Below are positions 1 to 12,092 of a DNA stretch of 64,000 nt, in pieces; position 1 is the stretch's first letter, and every line of letters starts with the position of its first letter. The stretch comes from Octopus vulgaris (lineage: Eukaryota): positions 27,466,001 to 27,530,000 of the forward strand of contig OX597840.1 in the NCBI GenBank assembly GCA_951406725.2, in the 5' to 3' direction. Both the position numbers and the translations under genes were made by a program. The notes below the pieces were generated by a model. That model was given only the letters and a program-made list of their open reading frames with translations, did not search any database and was not told the DNA's origin.

Positions 1-186
1 ATTACCTCGTTTTCAGCTCTGCAACAATGTCCAGCAAACTGGACTCTCCTACCTTTCACAAGAGATGACACAGGTGGTAGTTTCCCATATATTTGCATTT
101 TGGTTGGATGGCGCTTCCACGAGAGATTTTGAGCTCTCATAAGGAGGCGAGTGTAGGTTCCATCCAACTGCCTCTCAAGCTTCTTA
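1..186 (-). mobile_element. RTE-clade LINE, C-terminal ORF fragment
   Basis: Minus strand reads LEROQLDGTYTRLLMRAQNLSWKRHPTKMQIYGKLPPVSSLVKGRRVQFAGH-like (QLDGTYTRLL...FAGHC), typical of the post-RT region of RTE elements; near-identical to 22270-22600. Confidence 0.8.
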
Positions 187-299
187 GTTTCTCTAGTGAT
201 GCCAGATCTATTAGAAAACTTGTTCTATAATCTTCCCTTGGTAGGGGTTATTCTTTTATAAAGCATTCAAAATGTCACAAACTATTTTCCGCGGACGTC

Positions 300-600
300 T
301 GGTCATCCAATAATGTTTCGAGCCTTTTCGTTAGTTTTTACAGGTGGAAGAACCATAAGGAAACGCAGATTCAAGCACTGCGCTGATGAAGTTATTTTTA
401 TATTCTCCGAGATTTTTGAAATCCCTTATTGTGACTCCCACTTTGAGACTTTTAAGTGCCGCCCTCGCTTTGCAGACATATATTTTAATATCTGCCTCGG
501 CGCATTTTATGTTCCTCCCGAGATACGTCGAAGAATTTATAGATTTTATCGCTTTTCTATACAACTGGGTAATGGTGCCATCCAAGGAGAGTAGAAGGCA
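300..600 (-). mobile_element. Older degenerate RTE-like LINE fragment
   Basis: ORF 331-585: STYLGRNI...EADIKI...KARAALKSL...FISAVLESAFPYG resembles the RTE RT thumb (YLGS.I...DIK.R..KA) and VES.LLYG motif. Confidence 0.55.
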
Positions 601-667
601 TTTAGCTCAACTGCTTCGTTCACTACCCAAAACCGTGAATATATGTGACCCAGAGGTCATAAGACGG

Positions 668-816
668 TGCATTCTTGAGCGTTGCATTCTTGAGCGTTGC
701 ATTCTTGAGCGTTGCATTCTTGAGCGTTGCATTCTTGAGCGTTGCATTCTTGAGCGTTGCATTCTTGAGCGTTGCATTCTTGAGCGTTGCATTCTTGAGC
801 GTTGCATTCTTGAGCG
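668..816. repeat. Perfect 15-bp minisatellite (TGCATTCTTGAGCGT) x ~10
   Basis: Read directly; gives CILER/QECNA repeats in the ORF track. Confidence 0.97.
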
Positions 817-1088
817 AAACATTTTATTTCGTGTTTTTCGCGTTGACCCAGTCCACGCCAGCTGTGCCCGTCCCACACCACTTGACAACGGGTGCTGGTT
901 TGTTTATGTCCCCGTAACTTAGCGGTTCGGCATAAGAGACTGATGAAATGAGCACTGGAATTTCAAAAAACAATAAGTATTGGGGGTTCGTTTTGTTCGA
1001 CTAAAAACACCTCCTTCAAAGCGGTGCTCCAACATGGCCGCAGTCCAATAGCTGAAACAAGTAAAAGACAAACGGTATGTAGCCATGT

Positions 1089-1260
1089 AGGCGCAGGAGT
1101 GGCTGTGTGGTAAGTAGCTTGCTTACCAACCACATGGTTCCGGGTTCAGTCCCACTGCGTGGCACCTTGGGCAAGTGTCTTCTACTATAGCCTCGGGCCG
1201 ACCAAAGCCTTGTGAGTGGATTTGGTAGACGGAAACTGAAAGAAGCCCGTCGTATATATG

Positions 1261-1302
<42 letters not shown>

Positions 1303-1503
1303 TCCCCCTAGCATTGCTTGACAACCGATGCTGATGTGTTTATGTCCCCGTCACTTAGCGGTTCGGCAAAAGAGACCGATAGAATAAGTACTGGGCTTAC
1401 AAAGAATAAGTCCCGGGGTTGAGTAGCTCGATTAAAGGCGGTGCTCCAGCATGGCCGCAGTCAAATGACGGAAACAAGTAAAAGAGAGAGAGAGAGAGAG
1501 AGT
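1089..1503 (+). mobile_element. SINE family A, full-length (tRNA-like head, internal TA/TG microsatellite, LINE-like tail); degenerate 3' half also at 885-1068
   Basis: Head GGCGCAGGAGTGGCTGTGTGGTAAG...GGTTCAGTCCC with A/B-box-like motifs; tail GGCGGTGCTCCAGCATGGCCGCAGTCAAATGAC.GAAAC; many copies in window. Confidence 0.9.
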
Positions 1504-1534
1504 ATATGAAGAGGACCCCCCTCTCCCCACCTAC

Positions 1535-1639
1535 CATCACTTGCTTGGCTTGAGGTCCAGTAGGTCGGTCGGTCGTTGTATGAGTTGGCCTGTAACCATG
1601 ACAACCTCCTCCAGGTGGCGGGTGGGTAGGAGGTGAAAT
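1535..1639 (-). CDS. Candidate internal exon (105 bp), unidentified gene
   Basis: Acceptor TTCCAATCTCAG and donor ATG|GTAGGT on minus strand; unique CpG-rich sequence; open in two frames (e.g. DFTSYPPATWRRLSWLQANSYNDRPTYWTSSQASD). No recognised homology. Confidence 0.25.
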
Positions 1640-1930
1640 CTGAGATTGGAATGTGCGTTTGTCGCGACAGAAATAAGTTTCTCTTTTTTGTCTCCGATGG
1701 GAAATCAAAAGGTGAAGTGTCGGAAGTCCGGTGGGGGGTAGGAACGGCGGTGGAGGGGAGGAAGAAGTGAAGTAGGAGGAGGAGGAGGAGGAGGAGGAGG
1801 TGGAGGAGGAGGCGGAGGAGGAGGGGATGAAATAAGGAGGAGGTGGTTCTGCCAAAGTGAGGCTTTTTCCATTTGCACTCCGGTTGGATTGACCCCTGCG
1901 ATCGCCTCAAATGTGGGTGACCCGGGTACG
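1560..1930. promoter_or_regulatory. CpG-rich promoter-like island
   Basis: RFX X-box-like GTAACCATGACAAC (1592-1605), reverse CCAAT (~1645), TGTCGCGACA palindrome (~1660-1669), ETS CGGAAGT (1721-1727). Confidence 0.35.
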
Positions 1931-1974
1931 CTTTTCTAATTACTACATCAGGGCATTATTTATTTATTTATTTA

Positions 1975-1985
1975 TTATCATTATT

Positions 1986-2017
<32 letters not shown>

Positions 2018-2081
2018 TATTATTATTATTATTATCATCGTCATCACCATCATCATCATCATTATTATTATTATATCATCG

Positions 2082-2121
<40 letters not shown>

Positions 2122-2180
2122 TATTGTCATCATCATCATCATCATCATCATCATTGTCATCATCATCATCATCATCATTA

Positions 2181-2224
<44 letters not shown>

Positions 2225-2505
2225 TATTTTTATTATTATAATCGGTGGTGGTTGTCGTCGTCGTAATGGTGGTGGTGATGATGATGGTTGTGGTGGCGAC
2301 GGTGGAGGTGATGGTAATGATGATGGTGGTGGTGATGAAGGTTGTGGTGGTGGTGGTAGTAGTGCTGGTATTGGTGATAGTGATGATGGTGGTGGCGATG
2401 ATGCTGATGACGATGGTGGAGGTGGTGATGATGGTAGAGGTGGTAGTCGTAGTGGTGGTGGTGGTGGTGGTGGCAGCAGCGGTGATGACAATAACGACGA
2501 CGATA
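1975..2505. repeat. Compound (CAT)n/(TAT)n/(GGT)n trinucleotide tract
   Basis: Direct. Confidence 0.95.
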
Positions 2506-3086
2506 GTTAAAACTGCCAAGAAAACTACAACTGTATAACAACAATACTCGAAGAAAAAAAAAAGGAAAAAAAAAACGAGACACTCGTCACAAAAGACAGT
2601 GCTCCCTCCACCCACTAATTACAGCAGTAATCTATTTCTACACTAACACAAGACCACCAACCTCTATTTTCTATTTATTTTATTTTTATATCTTGCATTT
2701 CGTGAACCTCAGCGCCACTGGTTACAAATTTCCAAAAGAACCCACAGGTTCAGTATTACATTTTTTTTATTATGGCAAGAGTCGCAAGGGATTGTGTGTG
2801 TAACTAGGGTGGAACAAATACCACAACAGATATTTGGATACTTTTGTTCGAGCAAAAGTTTTAACATATACTAACAAATTTCACTAGTATGTGTGTGTGG
2901 ATGTATGTATCTTAAACAAGAATGTCGTTGACAGGGACTTCGAAATTTCGGCTAGTTAATCCATAGTCGGACGATGACGTAACTGACCGAAACTTCGGAG
3001 TTACTGTCAACGATTGAGAGTAACCCATCAGATTGATGTAACATTGTTATCATTATAACCGAACATAAAAACATACAATAACATAA

Positions 3087-3192
3087 GTGTGTGTGTGTGT
3101 GTGTGTGTATAAATGTATATGTACGTATATGTGCATACATACATACATGTATGTATATATATATATATTTATATACAAGTATATACACATAC

Positions 3193-3231
<39 letters not shown>

Positions 3232-3484
3232 CATATATACATATACGTATATATATATATGCATATACATATATACATATATACATACATATTTACATAT
3301 ACGTATATATATATATGCATATACATATACGTATATATATATGCATATACATATATACATATATATACATATACATATATACATATATATACATATACAT
3401 ATATACATCTATAGATATATACATATATATACATATACATATATACATATATATATATACACACACACACATATATATATACAT

Positions 3485-3546
<62 letters not shown>

Positions 3547-3552
3547 ATATAT
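3087..3552. repeat. TA/CA/TG compound microsatellite
   Basis: Direct. Confidence 0.95.
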
Positions 3553-3639
3553 ATTTGTTGTGTACATACATCAATGACTGATGCATCTGGACACATCTTC
3601 AGTGATGTGCCTGGCATCATCGGACCTCAGTTAGCTACC

Positions 3640-3800
3640 CCATTGCTCTCCCTGCATCCAACCTCCACTGGGAGACACCTCGCTCTCCAACCAGCCCGCT
3701 GGCAGTCACTGACAAGAACCGCGTACCTAGAGAGCTTTCTATCAAAAGCTTCTTCCAGGCGATCTTCCCATGAGACTGTCACCTCCAGCAGAACCACATA
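3640..3800 (-). mobile_element. HERO-type non-LTR retrotransposon, REL endonuclease fragment
   Basis: Minus strand: [49 protein letters not shown], matching the E.TVPWE...RK..KY...GW...PVEVGCRG motif. Confidence 0.85.
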
Positions 3801-4544
3801 CGTACATACACTCCTTCATCTATCTACTCATTTGTGTGTGTGTGTGTGTGTATTTATGTATTATTCGGCTGCTTAGTTACTTAAGCAATTCAAGGGACGA
3901 GAGTTTCACGTGTTTCACTGCATTGCATTGCATTGAACAAACTTCGGTAAGTCCAATGCATGTCATTCTCAAATCGTCAGGTATCAAAATCCGAATCCAA
4001 ACTATACAGTTCATAACCTTACACATTTACTTCAGTTTCTGCTGTTTATTCTACCAAGCCTGTATATGCATGAGCGCGAGTGTAGATGTGTGTGTGCGAG
4101 AGAGAGAGAGAGAGAGACAAAAAGCGAGTGTGTGTGTTTGTGTGCTTGTCCGCACACGCACGCACAGACACATACAAACAAATGTATTAATAGAAAGAGA
4201 GGGAACAAGTTTCATATGTCAAAGTGCTGAGTAATCAATATAATGAATTAGAGTCCATTTACGTATATTTTTATACAATCATAGAAACTTTGTCAGTTCA
4301 TGTAGTAAAGATTGTTTGCCAACATAACATGGCAGCCCTGGTTTAGGACGAATGTTGCTGTAATTTAGCCCCTGGAGACATCGTCTCCAGCTGGCTATAC
4401 GACATAATATTTTCGAACAAGGGAATCTAGCACCCCCACTCAGCTCAAAACAATATCTGTGTATCACGATTTCCGGATCATTTCCCTTCATCAGCACATA
4501 TACATATATGTATATGTATATGTGTGTGTATATATATGTGTTTG

Positions 4545-4599
<55 letters not shown>

Positions 4600-4602
4600 A
4601 CG

Positions 4603-4652
4603 AACATCCTTAACCTATTTTCGAAACTTATTGGTTTCTCATCAGAGGCGTC
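4603..4652 (-). ncRNA. Minimal type I hammerhead ribozyme motif (Penelope-LTR-like)
   Basis: GCCT-CTGATGA-GAAAC caataa GTTTC-GAAA-ATAGGT-TA-AGG: intact core, stems I and II. Confidence 0.7.
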
Positions 4653-5249
4653 AACATCATTCTGACAATCACCAGAGAAACCAGCAGCCAAACTGTTTAT
4701 ATACTCAACAAATGCAGCAGTTACTCTGCGAAGGAGTTCCTAATTTGCATAGCGAAATTGTTTAACACTCCATGTGTGTGCGTGTGCGTGCGTGTGTGTA
4801 TGTGTATATATATGTATATATATATATACATACACATACATACACACACACATCGGTCCTCGTTATAAATACTGTCCACAAAATCTCACTCCTAAGACAT
4901 TGGTCAGTCCGAGGATGTAATAGGCAAAGCTTACCCAGGGTTACGCCCAGCGAGGTCAAACCCGGAAACATGCGGCTGCGAATTGAGCATCTTAAGCAGT
5001 AGAAGAAAAGGCCATGAGCAATATATAGAATGCCTGCACTGCGACTTGAACCCTCGACCACTTAGTTCATAAACCAGATCACTTCCACTGTGACAATCAA
5101 TTATATCTAGGATCCAAAACCACTAACAACTAAGTAACATTTGGTAAATGTGGAGAATAACGTCATAAATTCGAAGAAGTGAGGAATATACAGAAACACA
5201 ACTGTTTCCTTAAAATACCGAAACGAAAATAAAATATTTTCTGTTAATG

Positions 5250-5925
5250 TTAGTTAGTTAGTTACTTAGTTAGTTAGTTAATTTTTTGGCTCAAAAAGCA
5301 AACAGCAAGGCCATGTAGGGGGACATGGAGTTATGTACAGGGAGGGTGTTCATGCAAAGAGTTCAGGCTACTTGTGGTCAAGGGAGACTGAACCGAGCGG
5401 TCGTCGGCATCTTCACTATCTCGTCCGGCAGCTTATTCCACGGATCCGCAACCCGGACGGAGAAAGCCCCTCTCCTTCGATTGAAATGAAATCGTCGCAG
5501 ATAGAGATTTTCGGAGTGACCCCGCAGCCAACGCTCTGGAGCAGGAGTGAAGAACAGCTCTTTCGAGAGGTTACACTTTCCGCTTATGATGTTGTGAGGC
5601 CATGTAGGGGGACAGGGAGTTATGTATGGGGAAGGTGGTTATAGAAAGAGTTCAGGCCACTTGTGGTCAAGGGAGACTTTGAACCGAGCGGTCGTCGGCA
5701 TCTTCACTATCTCGTCCGGCAGCTTATTCCACGGATCCGCAACCCGGACGGAGAAAGCCCCTCTCCTTCGATTGAAATGAAATCGTCGCAGATAGAGCTT
5801 TTCCAAGTGACCCAGCAGCCGACGCTCTGGAGCAGGAGTGAAGAACAGCTCTTTCGAGAGGTTACACTTTCCGCTTATGACGTTGTGAGCAAGAATGAGA
5901 TCACCACGGCGTCGTCGAAGTAGTA
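5250..5925 (-). mobile_element. CR1-group LINE 3' end, tandemly duplicated (~290 bp x2), with (TAAC)n tail
   Basis: Minus strand LRRRRGDLILAHNVISG...FSVRVADPWNKLPDEIV...FKVSLD; duplicates at ~5308-5597 and ~5598-5890. Confidence 0.85.
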
Positions 5926-6402
5926 CAGCAGTGGTTGCAAATATGAAAAGTCCATAATTACTGCCGACACATATATGGCATTACTTTTTATGATTAATAT
6001 GAATTTCTCATGCTATTCTTAATTAAATATTCCCAATCTAATTCCATTTTGCTTTTTTTACACCTCCTGATACACGTAATTTAAAATGAACTGTGTCAGA
6101 CACATACAGGAATTCTTAAAATTAATGAGTTTCTTTTAAATATCGTTTCTAATTAGAGAGCCATGCATTACCAAAATGTTTAAATTTTTTACTTTCTCTT
6201 TTTCTTTTAACTGTAGTTATTAACTTTTTTTGTCTGTTTTGTGTATCTTACACGATACACAGAACATTTCCCCCTGGTGTCCATCCCATGTTTTTTTTTT
6301 TTCATTTCAACCACCAGAGAATCTTAGGGCTCATAAAAGGAACGTAGGAAACAAGGGTTAACTAAAAGCCTGAAAGCAAACATGGACACCTGTAGAACAA
6401 AG

Positions 6403-6464
<62 letters not shown>

Positions 6465-6647
6465 ATGTATGTATATATATATATATATGTATGTATATAT
6501 ATATATATATACATATATATACACACACACACACACACACATATATATCATATATATATATCATCATATATATATATATATATATACACATGGTATACAT
6601 GTATACATATATATATATGTACCCCCGCTTATTTATATGATTACATA

Positions 6648-6743
<96 letters not shown>

Positions 6744-7084
6744 AAAATTGTTATGAATTTAGATGACATGAATAAAGAAAGGTATGCTAAATACCATACA
6801 AGATAAATTCTTGATTTTTATCGAAATTATCTTCGATTCAAGACGAAAGATAACAAACAACTTGCAGCCATTGCAACCGGCTCTGAATAAAAAAAGGGAG
6901 ATAATCTCAAACAGTCCACAATTCTCCAGAGAACTTTTAATTCATTAAGATTATAACTATCCGGAATATTAAACTTATGTTTACAATGTATATTTAAAAT
7001 ATTTATATGTAACCTTTATAGTACCTTTATAAACAGGGCTGATTTAATTGTTTCTCCGTAGATAGAGAAAAAAACGATGAGCGA

Positions 7085-7128
7085 CCTTAAACGATTTTCG
7101 AGTCTTATTGGACTCTCATCAGTGATGT
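7085..7128 (-). ncRNA. Hammerhead motif, same family as 4603-4652, stem I degenerate
   Basis: CTGATGA-GAGTC caataa GACTC-GAAA-ATCGTT-TA; flank homologous to 4640-4705. Confidence 0.55.
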
Positions 7129-7203
7129 TTGTATCAGTTTGACCAATTTCAAAGGAACAAGCAGCCAGTCTGTTTATATATTCAATAATTTTAGTAGCTG
7201 CAG

Positions 7204-7305
7204 AAAACTGGAGCTGTTAATTTTCATACCATCAATATTTAATATTTTATTTAAAAACTGGAGCTGTTAATTTTCATACCATCAATATTTAATATTTTAT
7301 TTAAT
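7204..7305. repeat. ~50-bp tandem duplication
   Basis: AAAACTGGAGCTGTTAATTTTCATACCATCAATATTTAATATTTTATTTA x2. Confidence 0.9.
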
Positions 7306-7360
7306 ATCAACGGCTGTCGATGGGGATATTTGTCTACACACTATCAAAGTATGATATATG

Positions 7361-7568
7361 TAGTTAATCCAAACAAGAAAGCACAAAAAAAAACACAACA
7401 ACGCGAGGACGTGGAACAAATATAGTATTATTGGACGCTCAAGAAAGAAGGAAAGAAGGAGGGTTTAACGTTTCGAGCGGAGCTCTTCGTCGGAAACATA
7501 GGAGAAGGAAAGATCCAGAGAAGGGAAGACAGTGGGAAAAAAATCGCCAGCGGTACACACGATGTCAC
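7361..7568 (-). mobile_element. Penelope-LTR-like repeat containing a hammerhead motif (7463-7497, U4C core variant)
   Basis: GTTT-CCGACGA-A-GAGC tcc GCTC-GAAA-CG-TT-AAAC; second copy at 45282-45485. Confidence 0.65.
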
Positions 7569-7946
7569 AACCTATTCAGTAGATGTACAAACAGGGCTAA
7601 TTTAGCTGTTTCTCATCAAAGGCGACTGCAACAATTTGATCAATCCCAGAGAAACAAGCACCAATCTGTTTATAAATTTACCTTACTTTTCGATCGGTAC
7701 GCTCTTCAGACGTCATCTGGTGTCTTATGTGTCGTATTTGTGCAGCCCGCGCTAGATTCGATCTTGGAACTGTTCTTCATAAATTAAAACTATTAATGTT
7801 GATTACCAACCGAACTGTTGTAATACACACAATGTAAAAATGGGGCTGTGCGACTAGCTTCAGAAGTAAAAGTCACGAGTTCTAAACGGATGATGAGCTA
7901 TGGACAAAATATCTTCTTGTTTGTTTGTTTGTTGAGCGAAGGGGTC

Positions 7947-8327
7947 TTCGTCCCAGAGCTCGCAAGATCGCACCTCAGGATTGTCTGTAGTGTGAGAAGT
8001 CCGAAACGTGATCCTTTGCGATTTGTAAGACCCGCAGAAGAGAAAGCAGGTCAGCCCCCCGACACTGAGAGCATCGACGGATGGATGAATGCGCATCCAG
8101 GATCAGCGGTTGCGTAGGAAGTCGGGGACAAGAAACAGGAAGAAAGAGTGAGAGAAAGTTGAGGTGAAAGAGTACAACAGGGGTCGTCACCACCCCCTGC
8201 CGGAGCCTCGTGGAGCTTTAGGTGTTTTCGCTCAATAAACACACACAAACGCCCGGTCTGGGAATCGAAACCGCGATCCTCCGACCGCGAGTCCGCTGCC
8301 CTAACCACTGGGCCATTGCGCCTCCAC
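7947..8327 (-). mobile_element. SINE family B (tRNA-like head) with alternative 3' part
   Basis: Head GGAGGCGCAATGGCCCAGTGGTTAGGGCAGCGGACTCGCGG...GGTTTCGATTCC shared with 11709-12092 and 56752-57123; sequence below ~8130 differs. Confidence 0.75.
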
Positions 8328-9260
8328 TGCTGTTGCTGTTGTATAGCCCTAGGTCTGCTTGACTGAGTAGGTTTGTGGTCGAGTGTTCCAGCCGTAACTA
8401 TCGCCTCTTTAAATTAAGTCATCGTGTGTCTATCTGCTCCCTTGGTGCTGTTATTGTTCTCGCTGTTAAAGTCAACATTATATTCGAAATATCAAACGTG
8501 TGGTCAAAGCCATTCCAGCCGTGACAATCCCCTCTTTTTTGTACTAGTGCGTGCTTTACATAAGATGGTGGCGGGGGTATGTGATCACTGAATGATTTGA
8601 CAACAGCAGCAGCAGCAGCAGCAACAGCAACAACAACAACAACAAGATAAAAGCATCCAAAAATATCAAATTTGTCTTATTTTGACGCTTTTAAAATAGA
8701 AATATTTCGCCAGCCTCTCTGTCTGTTTGTCTGTCTGTCTGAACCCTTCCTTTGCTAAATCATCAATTAGGGGTGGGGCTACTCTTGTTGAAGAAGTCAC
8801 ACACTACTGAAAGCCCTTACTACGAGAGTTAAGGGTCGTCAACTTCTGTATTTCATGGGAACAAGTACTTTGCAAAAGATCTCCTGCCCCTGGATTACAC
8901 GACGGTTTATTTAATTAACAATGTGTGTTTGTGTGTGTGTGTGTGCGTGTGTGTGTGTGTGTGCGCGCGTGTGTTTGTATGTGTGTAGGCCGTGTTATGT
9001 ACATTTGTTGTATGTGTGGGAAAGTATATAAATGTGTGTGTATGAATGAGCCAGAGAGTGATTACACACACATAGTATATATACACAACTGCTTATGTGT
9101 TTGCATGTGTGTATATATTTACATACATATATATATATATACACACTCTCACACACAAACATAAGCAGTTGTGTATATATAGGCAAAAATATAAGTACTC
9201 AATACATATAAGTACTCAATATATATAGGCAAAAATATAAGTACTCAATACTGAAAGTAG

Positions 9261-9297
<37 letters not shown>

Positions 9298-9419
9298 GTT
9301 TTACGATACAATTCACAGATGCTCTGAAATCCCTCGTCAGCAATGTTCCTTGGGTCTCATGGGGTTTCGGATTTTTCGACACCAGACCTTCTTACCCAGT
9401 TGACCCAGTTGGGGTTAAT

Positions 9420-9720
9420 CAAATCTCAGCTTGAATACTAATAGCAGCAACCCTGATCTGCCTTTTTTTTATCCAAAGCCTTCTAGTGGCCATCTCTGCA
9501 GATTCAGTAATGGAACGTATAGCCCTCCTCTTTGCTGCACCAGTAACTCCAAGCCCTGCCAGAGCTTTGCAGAATGAACGCCCCACAGAACTCTGGCAGC
9601 CTATTTCCAATTGTGTTGCAATGTGCCTGCCAGACATGATTTCTGCCCTGCTCTGGTTCCCGGTTTTTGTTAAGTTCCCTCTCATGATCCCCTTCCATGC
9701 GTTTCTCCAGGGCACAGTCA
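9420..9720 (-). mobile_element. HERO-type REL fragment (frameshifted)
   Basis: TVPW...LEIGCQSSVGRSFCKALAGLGVTGAAKRRAIRSITESAEMATRRLWIKKR, the C-terminus of HERO-like ORFs. Confidence 0.8.
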
Positions 9721-10358
9721 GTTACAATACAAATAAGAAAGGGCACTACTTCTGCCGCACTCTGTATATTGACCTCTCATACCTCGTGACTTTAAGGTCA
9801 AATATAAATGTGTGGACAGGTGGGTGGGTGTATGTATGTATGTAGAAATATACGTAGAGAAATATACATAAATACAATATCATACAAATATACACACACA
9901 CAGTCGTTGACTCGCTCCTTTACCAATAAACTCTACAGGTATTGAGTACTCCTTTGCTGCTTGTAATTCTAAGAACACACACACACACACACATTTAGTC
10001 GTAAATTGCATGTGCAGTCTTGGGACATCATCATCAACATGCATTGATAAACAGTTGTACGGAGTCACGTGCGGTGACATCATACCAAAAAAAAAGTGGA
10101 AAATTATATTTTCTTATAAATGTAAATAATGTTATTATAATAAAACAAAACACAAAAAAAGATTAATGATGATAATAATGATAATGATAATTATAATAAT
10201 TATAATAATAAAATCGTGTAAAATAAAGTTTTTTGTGTGGTTTCTTGTTTCGTTTTTGATTCTGTTTTCTTTGCACTGCATAAAATTGTGGAGTTTTACC
10301 TTAACTCTCTCCCTACGGAAATCAGAGATATCCTTTTGAAATTTCTTTACCCTTAACT

Positions 10359-10521
10359 AGGCGCAGGAGTGGCTGTGTGGTAAGAAGCTTGCTTCCCAAC
10401 CACATGGTTCCGGGTTCAGTCCCATTGTGTGGCACCTTGGGCAAGTGTCTTCTACTATAGCCGCGGGCCGACCAATGCCTTGTGAGTGGATTTGGTAGAC
10501 AGAAACTGAAAGAAGCCCGTC

Positions 10522-10574
<53 letters not shown>

Positions 10575-10737
10575 TGCAGGAGTGGCTGTGTGGTAAGTAG
10601 CTTGCTTACCAACCACATGGTTCCGTGTTCAGTCCCACTGTGTGGCACCTTGGGCAAGTGTCTTCTACTATAGCCTCGGGCTGACCAATGCCTTGTGAGT
10701 GGATTTGGTAAACGGAAACTGAAAGAAGCCCGTCGTA

Positions 10738-10777
<40 letters not shown>

Positions 10778-11180
10778 TGCAGGAGTGGCTGTGTGGTAAG
10801 TAGCTTGCTTACCAACCACATGGTTCCGGGTTCAGTCCCACTGTGTGGCACCTTGGGCAAGTGTCTTCTACTATAGCCTCGGGCTGACCAATGCCTTGTG
10901 AGTGGATTTGGTAAACGGAAACTGAAAGAAGCCCGTCGTATATATGTATATATATATATATGTGTACATGTGTGTGTATCTGTGTTTGTCCCCCTAGCAT
11001 TGCTTGACAACCGATGCTGGTGTGTTTACGTCCCCGTCACTTAGCGGTTCGGCAAAAGAGACCGATAGAAAAAGTACTGGGCTTACAAAGAATAAGTCCC
11101 GGGGTCGAGTTGCTCGACTAAAGGCGGTGCTCCAGCATGGCCGCAGTCAAATGACTGAAACAAGTAAAAGAGTAAAGAGT
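10359..11180 (+). mobile_element. SINE family A: two 5' halves in tandem plus one full copy
   Basis: Heads at ~10359, ~10572 and ~10775, separated by (TA)n. Confidence 0.9.
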
Positions 11181-11194
11181 AACTGCCCACTGAT

Positions 11195-11700
11195 GTTATC
11201 CAAGGGAAAAGCAAAGGGGCCGATACAACTTGGCACCAGAGATGTCGCAACTCATTTCTACAGCTGAGTGAACTGGAGCAACGCGAAATAAAGTGTCTCG
11301 CTCAAGAACACAACACACAACCCGGTCCGGGAATTGAACTCACTACCTCATGATTGTGAGCCCAACTAATTATTTAGCCATGCATCTTCTAAAATACATA
11401 TATATATATGCATATATTATACACATAGGGTAAACACACCCTTCAGTCATGAATGACCATGGGACTACCTCTAGATTGTTCCCCTCCAAGGCACAAGTCC
11501 AAGCAAGGATGTTTTGTCCAAGGGAAAGGCAAAGGGGCCGATACAGCTTGTAACCAGTGATGTCGCAACTCATTTCTACAGCTGAGTGAACTGGAGCAAT
11601 GTGAAATAAAGTGTCTTGCTCAAGAACACAACATGCAACCCGGTCCGGGATTCGAACTCACAACCTCACGATCGTAAGCTCAACGCTTTAACCACTGAGT
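11195..11700 (-). mobile_element. SINE family C (tRNA head plus CORE-like domain), two copies; third at ~12220-12400
   Basis: CTCAGTGGTTAAAGCGTTG...GAGTTCGAATCCC then GTGTTCTTGAGCAAGACACTTTATTTCAC.TTGCTCCAG..CACTCAGCTGTAGAAATGAG (CORE-like). Confidence 0.75.
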
Positions 11701-11708
11701 AGTACATA

Positions 11709-12092
11709 TGGAAGCACTCCGTCGGTTACGACAACGAGGGTTCCGGTTGATCCGAATCAACGGAACAGCCTGCTCGTGAAATTAACGTGTAAGTGGCTGA
11801 GCACTCCACAGACACGTATACCCTTAACGTAGTTCTCGGGGATATTCAGCGTGACACAAAGAGTGACAAGGCCGGCCCTTTGAAATACAGGTACAACAGA
11901 AACAGGAAGTAAGAGTGAGAGAAAGTTGTGGTGAAAGAGTACAGCAGGGATCACCACCATCCCCTGCCGGAGCCTCATGGAGCTTTAGGTGTTTTCGCTC
12001 AATAAACACTCACAACGCCCGGTCTGGGAATCGAAACGGCGATCCTATGACCGCGAGTCCGCTGCCCTAACCACTGGGCCATTGTGCCTCCA
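11709..12092 (-). mobile_element. SINE family B, full-length
   Basis: Near-identical to 56752-57123. Confidence 0.85.

Noticed and set aside
1461-1910. Signal-peptide/neuropeptide-like ORF with dibasic sites
   Set aside because: No in-frame ATG, and the hydrophobic stretch is a (CTC)n repeat translation.
2975-3009. Short hairpin TGACGTAACT..CCGA aact TCGG AGTTAC.GTCA
   Set aside because: Single small imperfect hairpin with no family support.
12020-12092. tRNA genes (also heads at 1089, 8260-8327, 11640-11700)
   Set aside because: tRNA-derived SINE heads continuous with SINE bodies; no complete cloverleaf.
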